Positions 58,638-64,000 of a DNA stretch of 64,000 bases are shown here, piece by piece. Made by a program: the position numbers and the translations under genes. Under the pieces are notes generated by a model. That model was not told the origin of the DNA. It did no database searches and saw only the letters and a list, made by a program, of their open reading frames with translations. How positions within the stretch are numbered: position 1 is the stretch's first letter; each line of letters begins with the position of its first letter. This stretch comes from Candidatus Sulfurimonas kebritensis (lineage in GTDB: Bacteria > Campylobacterota > Campylobacteria > Campylobacterales > Sulfurimonadaceae), in NCBI GenBank assembly GCA_047689515.1, contig JBEWQA010000004.1, forward strand, positions 157 to 64,156, in the 5' to 3' direction.

Positions 58638-59983
58638 AGATAGCCGATGATCTCCGAGACGCTCGGGTGGGCATGGACTACGTCTCTTAGCTCATCTATG
58701 GTAAGTTTTTTCTCTACGGCAAAAACAAGCTCATGGATGATCTCTGTAGCTTCTACTCCTATTATAGCTGCACCGAGTATGGTGTAGTCCTCTTTTGAAA
58801 TAAGCACTTTTGCAAAGCCCGAATCATCTCCGAGTATTTTTGCTTTTGCATTTGCTTTGAAGTAGACTTTTTTGACCTCAACATCGATCGCTTTGTTTTT
58901 TGCATCGCTCTCTTTTAACCCGCAGCTTGCAATTTGCGGGTTTGTATATACGGTAGAGGGGGAGAGGTGAGGATTGGTCTTTGAGGTAGAGTTTATGATG
59001 TTGTAAGCGGCTATTTTAGCTTCTTTATACGCTGTGTGTGCCAGTCCCGGAGTATTTATGCAGTCGCCGAGTGCATAGATGTTTTTTTGTGCCGTTGCAA
59101 ATGTTTCATCCACCTCTATAAAACCTTTTGGATCAAGTTTTACATCTGTATTGTCTAGTTGCAGATGAGCTGTATTTGGTACACGTCCTGTTGCACTTAA
59201 AACTATCTCACTTTTTATACTCTGCTCTTCCTCTTGCGACCTAAGTGTAAGCTCGACTCCATCAACACCCTTTGTAACGCTCTCTACCGTAGTGGAGTCT
59301 ATCACCTCTATACCGCCTCTTTTAAACACCCGTTTAAGAGCCTTGGAGGTGTCTATATCTTCATTTGAGAGTATCTGCTCAGATCTTCCTATTAGTGTTA
59401 CTTTGACTCCAAAAGCGTTAAAAAAAGATGCCGCTTCACATCCGATCGCACCGCTTCCCACTATTGCGATCGATTTTGGAAGCGATTCAAGGGTAAAGAT
59501 TTCGTTGCTTGAGATGATCTGTTTGCCATCAAATGGTAAAAACTCCAACTCCCTTGGTTTTGAACCTGTGGCGATGATGCACTTTTCAAACTCGATCTTT
59601 TGCTGATCAACCACTATAGTATTGCGATCTGCAAATGCAGCCTCTCCGTAAAGCAGTGCAACCTTGTTTTGATCAAGCATCCATACTACACCGCTTCTGA
59701 TTTCGTCAATGAGTTCTGTAGTTTTTGTTTGCAGAGCTGTAAGGTCAAGCCCGTCATATTGCAGCTGCAGACCCGATTCTTGAAGATGATCTATCTTGGA
59801 TATATATTCGGCACTGTGAAGATAGTTTTTTGTAGGGATGCACCCGACGTTGAGACAGGTGCCACCGATCCTCTTTTTTTCTTTGTCAATGAGCAAAACT
59901 TTTTTACCAGCTTTACCAAGCTCTATAGCTGCCTGATAGCCTCCGGGACCTGCTCCTATCACTACTGCTTCATATCTATCCAT
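58634..59983 (-). CDS. lpdA: Dihydrolipoyl dehydrogenase (E3)
   Basis: VIGAGPGGY. Redox disulfide GGTCLNVGCIPTK. C-terminal HAHPSVSE. Confidence 0.92.
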   Translation of the reverse strand: MDRYEAVVIGAGPGGYQAAIELGKAGKKVLLIDKEKKRIGGTCLNVGCIPTKNYLHSAEYISKIDHLQESGLQLQYDGLDLTALQTKTTELIDEIRSGVVWMLDQNKVALLYGEAAFADRNTIVVDQQKIEFEKCIIATGSKPRELEFLPFDGKQIISSNEIFTLESLPKSIAIVGSGAIGCEAASFFNAFGVKVTLIGRSEQILSNEDIDTSKALKRVFKRGGIEVIDSTTVESVTKGVDGVELTLRSQEEEQSIKSEIVLSATGRVPNTAHLQLDNTDVKLDPKGFIEVDETFATAQKNIYALGDCINTPGLAHTAYKEAKIAAYNIINSTSKTNPHLSPSTVYTNPQIASCGLKESDAKNKAIDVEVKKVYFKANAKAKILGDDSGFAKVLISKEDYTILGAAIIGVEATEIIHELVFAVEKKLTIDELRDVVHAHPSVSEIIGYL

Positions 59984-59986
59984 CTT

Positions 59987-60838
59987 TTACTCCAGATATT
60001 GGTGTGCCATATAGCTGCTTCTTGTATACGGGGAGCTTTGTATATAGCGAAACCCCATATCAAGCCCGCTTATTTTGAGTGTTTCAAACTCACTCGGTTC
60101 TACATAGTTTACTATATTTTCATGCTTTTGTGTAGGTTGGAGATACTGCCCGATACTCAGATAGCGACACTCTACATCTAAAAGGTTTTGCATCAGCTCT
60201 AAAACCTCGCCGCGCTTTTCACCGAGTCCCAGCATAATAGCGCTTTTTGTAGCTACATTTGGATTGAACTCTTTGAGCATTTTGAGTACGTCAAGAGAGC
60301 GCTCGTATGAGGAGCCTTTTCGTATATGGTAGAGTCGGGGGATCGTCTCTAAGTTATGCCCTATGATATCTGCACCGCAGTTTGCTACCTCTTTGATAAG
60401 CTCCTCTTTTCCTTGCATATCGGGTATAAGAAGCTCTATAACAACTTTGTTCTCAAGTCCTTTGATCGCCTGAACTGTTTTACAAAAGTGCTCGGCTCCT
60501 CCATCTTCTAGATCGTCACGGGTGGGGCTTGTGATCACTACATGTTTGAGTCCCATCACTTTTACAGAGTTTGCTATGTTTTGCGGCTCATCTGCATCTA
60601 GGGGTTTGGGAGAGCCTTTATCTACCGCACAAAAGGTGCATCTGCGGGTACACTCCGTCCCCATTATCAGAAATGTTGCCTGTTTTTGCGCAAAACATTC
60701 GCTGATATTGGGACACATCGCCTCTTGACACACTGTGTTGATATTATGTTGTTCCAATATAGTTTCAAGCTCTTTATTTATAGTGAAATTGATCTTTTTT
60801 CGAAGCCACTCAGGCTTTCTTTTAAAGGTGTAAGGCAT
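59987..60838 (-). CDS. lipA: Lipoyl synthase
   Basis: CQEAMCPNISEC auxiliary cluster motif and radical-SAM CTRRCTFC. Confidence 0.95.
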   Translation of the reverse strand: MPYTFKRKPEWLRKKINFTINKELETILEQHNINTVCQEAMCPNISECFAQKQATFLIMGTECTRRCTFCAVDKGSPKPLDADEPQNIANSVKVMGLKHVVITSPTRDDLEDGGAEHFCKTVQAIKGLENKVVIELLIPDMQGKEELIKEVANCGADIIGHNLETIPRLYHIRKGSSYERSLDVLKMLKEFNPNVATKSAIMLGLGEKRGEVLELMQNLLDVECRYLSIGQYLQPTQKHENIVNYVEPSEFETLKISGLDMGFRYIQSSPYTRSSYMAHQYLE

Positions 60839-61613
60839 CTATATTCCATTCATCTTTGTCGTACTTCTGCTTTTGAAGCGTACCTATCTGTTTGAGTTCT
60901 TGTTGTGTGAAGCGATCCTCTATAAGCTCCACATCAAAACTCTCCATAAATGAGTGTATCATTAATTTTTTTAATTTTTCTTTTGTTAGAGATATGCCAA
61001 GCTTTTCAAGTGTAGTGATCGCACCAAGTTTTGGATCTTCTGCAAATATACCCTCAAAAAGTTCTGTATCTATTTGCAGAGGAATTGAGCCGTGTTGAAA
61101 AAGTGTCCCTTTGGTATACCGTTGTGCATTGCCGCCTATTTTTTTTGTGTCTATCGTAATGTCGTACGGTTCGTTTGAGGCGGTGCATATATTTGATTTT
61201 GAGATGTTGAGTTGTGCATCCTGGGCAAATTGTGGATCGAGTCCCAGCTTTCTATACAGATTGAGCAAAAAACTGCACAGATATCTGTAGCTCTCCTTGA
61301 CACCCAGATCGCCGAGAATATTTTGCGGCAGTATGAGCGAATAGGAGATATCCCCTCCATGAACCAAAACCCCGCCTCCCGTTAAACGCCGAGCATAAGA
61401 GAGTTTCTTTCGTTTTAGCTTGTTTAGATCAAGTGTATCGTGAGGCTTGCTAAAGCGTCCGAGGCTTATGGAATTGTCCCATTCATATAGCCTTAAAACA
61501 GGGATGCCACTCTCTATGGAGTTTTGAAGCAGCATCTCATCTACAGCCATATTGTATGAAGCACTCGCTGCAGTTGTGTCTAATAAACGAATTTTTTGTA
61601 TAATGGTTTGCAT
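60822..61613 (-). CDS. Lipoate-protein ligase / octanoyltransferase family protein (catalytic domain only, LipM/LplA-like)
   Basis: BPL_LplA_LipB fold: RRLTGGGVLVHG and KKIGGNAQR (catalytic Lys). At 263 aa it has no LplA C-terminal accessory domain. Confidence 0.8.
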   Translation of the reverse strand: MQTIIQKIRLLDTTAASASYNMAVDEMLLQNSIESGIPVLRLYEWDNSISLGRFSKPHDTLDLNKLKRKKLSYARRLTGGGVLVHGGDISYSLILPQNILGDLGVKESYRYLCSFLLNLYRKLGLDPQFAQDAQLNISKSNICTASNEPYDITIDTKKIGGNAQRYTKGTLFQHGSIPLQIDTELFEGIFAEDPKLGAITTLEKLGISLTKEKLKKLMIHSFMESFDVELIEDRFTQQELKQIGTLQKQKYDKDEWNIDALHL

Positions 61614-61646
61614 ATTACCGACTATTATAATGAATTAAGGTGAAAA

Positions 61647-64000
61647 ATGGAAAATTCAAGCTATGACAATTCGATCGAAGAGCTGTTAAACGAAAAAGTT
61701 TTTGATCAACAAGAAGCGGTGAGTACACTTACCAAAAGTTTGCTGCAATCAAGCCTGCTAAAGTCAAAGAAAAAGAAGGTAAGGGCACTCTTTACCTTTA
61801 TAGGACTGGCAAACAGCGGAAAACACTATCTTGCACGAATGCTTTTGGATGCAGATAAAGAGCTCGAAAATATAAAAACATTCAATATGGAGCAATACGG
61901 CGGTAATCTCTCTATGGGGATGGAGCAGTTGAGTCTGCCATCTATCACCTCTGAGGTGGTAGAGTTTGTCAAGGAGCACCCAAAGTCGATACTTGTTTTT
62001 GAAGATATCGAAAAAGGAGATTTTCAAACGCAGCTGGCTCTTTACTCGCTCTTTGGCGGCAATGAAGTAAACGATGTGGATTTTTCCAAAGTTGTAGTGG
62101 TTATGCTTACAACAAAGCTGGGATCTTTAGTGCAGAGACAGGACTTCAAAGAGCTGCAAACCTCCGATCCGCTTCAAGCGCATACATATCTTATGGAGAA
62201 ACTTGCACAAGAATCCATCATGGTAAACGGCGTAAAAGAGGAAGCATTTGATAAAAAACTGCTTTCACTTTTAAACGAACATACCGTTATACCGTTTAAC
62301 CGCCTTTCGTTGTCGGCACTTATCAAGATCGCAGCACGCACGATCCACGATATGTCGCACCATTTTGCAAAAGACTCCAAGCTCGAGATCGAATACTTAA
62401 ACTTTGACAAACTCGCAGCACTGCTGACCCTTTCACTCTCACCTTACATAAATGCAAGACATGTGATCAAAAAAGTGCCTGAACTAATATTTACACAAGT
62501 GTATGAAGCGGTGAAAAAAACGCCTAAACTTGAAGCGATCCATTTTGATGTACTTGATGATGCTGCAGAGTTTGTCAACAGTGTGCTTAAAGAGCAGCAC
62601 GCTTTTATCAAAAAGATCAGCCAACAACATATGCGTATCACTTTAGAGTGGGAGATCACCAAAGAGGGAAACAGTGTCACGTGTAAGATCAAAAATGCCC
62701 TTTATGCTAAAGAGAAGCTCTCGATCTTAACTCCTGATGCTCTGCATGTATCTGATGTAAACTTTTCTGATGTCGCAGGGCAGCAGAGGGTAAAAGATGA
62801 ACTCCAAGAGGTGCTTGCCCTTTTAAAAGAGCCACAGCGTCTCAAAGAGTTCGATATGACACCTCCAAAGGGGATGTTTCTCTATGGGCCTCACGGTATG
62901 GGGAAAAAGCTCCTGGCACGTGCTTTTGCCAATGAGATCGATATGCCTTTTATCGTTGTAAGCGGTGCCGATCTCTTCGATGCGGCGAAGATACACAAAG
63001 CTTATTCACAAGCTTTTGTTGCTGCACCTGCGATCGTACTTCTGGAAGATATAGATACACCCGGTGTTGTAAACGGGGTGATCTCGCTGATGAATACCGG
63101 TCCTGTTGCAGATGAACTCGATATGTTAAACGGGAGTTTTGACTCACCCGTTTTTACCATAGCAACACTCAGCAGTGTAGAAAATATCCCTGAAGAGCTG
63201 AGTAAAGCAGGGCGTTTGGATATACGTATAGAGGTGCCTAAGCTTGATATGGAAGCAAGACGCTTTTTCATAGAGGAGGTACTCAAAAAACCGCATGAGA
63301 AAAAGATTGATGTTGAGAAAGTTGTGCGCTATATCTCGGGACTCAGCGGAAACGAACTACAGCGTATAGGTCAAGAGGCTGCCTTGCAGGCTGCAAGAAA
63401 AGGGCTCAAAGAGCTCACTGAGGAGATACTCCTCGAGCAGATAAATATCATCAAGTACGGTACTAAGCTAGAGAGTAAACAGATCAGAGATATAGAAAAG
63501 TCGATGGCAAAAACAGCATACCACGAAGCGGGGCATGCCGTGCTCTCCTATGTATTGCTGCCTGATATCAAGATCGAACAGGTGACGGTTGCTCCTAGAA
63601 GCGAGAGCTTGGGCTTTGTCTCTTACCATAATGAGGAATATGTCGATGCAACCTCGAAAGAGGAGCTTTTCAATGATGTTTGTGTCCTTTTAGCAGGGCG
63701 TATAGCAAAAATGGAAAAGTTCGGAGAGGAGGGGATGGAAACGGGAGCTATCAACGATCTCGAAGTGGCAAGTCTGCAGGTGTATGCTGCGATCGCATTT
63801 TTTGGGATGGATGATGAGCTTGGATACCTTAACGTAAGCGGTGTTGAGTCGGCATATGACAGAAAACTTTTCTCAAGACGTATAGAGGAGCGGATGATTG
63901 CGTGGATCGAAGAGGCGAAACATAAAACTCAAAGAGAGGTGAAACGTCTATGGCCTGCGATCGAAGCGGTTGCAAAAAGACTGATCAAAAAAGAGGTGAT
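61647..64000 (+). CDS. TM-less FtsH-like protein: degenerate ClpB-D2-like module + degenerate AAA module + M41 peptidase (HEAGH); 3' end lies beyond the window
   Basis: Own translation, open to the window end. VFDQQEAV...FIGLANSGKH...LVFEDIEK, then GPHGMGKK...VLLEDID...AGRLDIRI, then YHEAGHAV...GAINDLEVAS. No hydrophobic N-terminal helices. Confidence 0.8.
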   Translation, partial: MENSSYDNSIEELLNEKVFDQQEAVSTLTKSLLQSSLLKSKKKKVRALFTFIGLANSGKHYLARMLLDADKELENIKTFNMEQYGGNLSMGMEQLSLPSITSEVVEFVKEHPKSILVFEDIEKGDFQTQLALYSLFGGNEVNDVDFSKVVVVMLTTKLGSLVQRQDFKELQTSDPLQAHTYLMEKLAQESIMVNGVKEEAFDKKLLSLLNEHTVIPFNRLSLSALIKIAARTIHDMSHHFAKDSKLEIEYLNFDKLAALLTLSLSPYINARHVIKKVPELIFTQVYEAVKKTPKLEAIHFDVLDDAAEFVNSVLKEQHAFIKKISQQHMRITLEWEITKEGNSVTCKIKNALYAKEKLSILTPDALHVSDVNFSDVAGQQRVKDELQEVLALLKEPQRLKEFDMTPPKGMFLYGPHGMGKKLLARAFANEIDMPFIVVSGADLFDAAKIHKAYSQAFVAAPAIVLLEDIDTPGVVNGVISLMNTGPVADELDMLNGSFDSPVFTIATLSSVENIPEELSKAGRLDIRIEVPKLDMEARRFFIEEVLKKPHEKKIDVEKVVRYISGLSGNELQRIGQEAALQAARKGLKELTEEILLEQINIIKYGTKLESKQIRDIEKSMAKTAYHEAGHAVLSYVLLPDIKIEQVTVAPRSESLGFVSYHNEEYVDATSKEELFNDVCVLLAGRIAKMEKFGEEGMETGAINDLEVASLQVYAAIAFFGMDDELGYLNVSGVESAYDRKLFSRRIEERMIAWIEEAKHKTQREVKRLWPAIEAVAKRLIKKEV

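Noticed and set aside
59600-60181. 193-aa plus-strand ORF spanning the lpd/lipA junction
   Set aside because: It is antisense to two strongly supported genes and runs across their intergenic stop/start. The product is hydrophobic and Cys/Phe-rich with no motif.
50771-61613. Calling the dehydrogenase/lipoylation island a horizontally acquired genomic island
   Set aside because: There is no flanking integrase, tRNA or direct repeats, and base composition does not look different by eye. The taxonomic oddity is reported as a finding, but HGT itself cannot be supported without computing composition and phylogeny.
1-64000. Search for mobile elements, CRISPR arrays, tRNA/rRNA genes and defence-island signatures
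   Set aside because: No intergenic gap exceeds ~180 nt. No transposase, integrase, recombinase, restriction or Cas-like ORFs were seen. The only direct-repeat array is the 3 x 12-nt coding repeat in E2. No cloverleaf-capable GC-rich segments occur in the gaps.

Overview
This is a densely packed, AT-rich chromosomal window with about 62 protein-coding genes. I found no rRNA, tRNA, CRISPR array, transposase or integrase. Gene order points to a Campylobacterota (epsilonproteobacterial) genome. The run aspartate aminotransferase-cysE-speA-hisS-tmk-coaD-ubiX-flgA and the run tsaE-lptB-rpoN match what I recall from Campylobacter jejuni. There is also a close relative of the Arcobacter NavAb sodium channel. 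Most of the window is housekeeping: trpD, ilvA, ilvBH, lpxD, hisS, tmk, coaD and similar genes.

Two blocks stand out.

(1) Positions 19.6-31.4 kb hold a self-contained cytoplasmic [NiFe]-hydrogenase module. It comprises hypF, a degenerate maturation-protease paralog, a small subunit, a large subunit, a canonical protease, a His-rich nickel transporter and hypBCDEA. The small subunit has no Tat signal. It is fused in frame behind a NirB-like FAD/NAD(P)H + BFD [2Fe-2S] reductase module, and one proximal-cluster cysteine is replaced by Asn.

(2) Positions 50.8-61.6 kb hold a lipoate-dependent 2-oxoacid/acetoin-type dehydrogenase island. It encodes AcsA-like ligase, E1 alpha, E1 beta, E2, a stand-alone acyl-carrier protein and a Cache-GAF-HD-GYP protein, with each E1alpha-to-HD-GYP junction overlapping by 4-8 nt. 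Lpd, LipA and a short lipoate/octanoyl ligase converge on it from the other strand. A TM-less FtsH-like metalloprotease with an extra ClpB-D2-like module follows; both of its Walker B motifs read ED instead of DE.

Smaller observations include a probably decayed macro-domain gene coupled to a diguanylate cyclase, an orphan helicase-C-like domain with a basic tail, a PA14-like secreted protein, a TlpD-like soluble chemoreceptor with a CZB domain, a 7-1-7 Fur/PerR-like box in front of a ferritin-like gene, and a dyad in the nickel/hydrogenase intergenic region.

All functional calls come from reading motifs in the translations by eye. No database search was run, so I cannot establish from here whether any of these architectures is novel.
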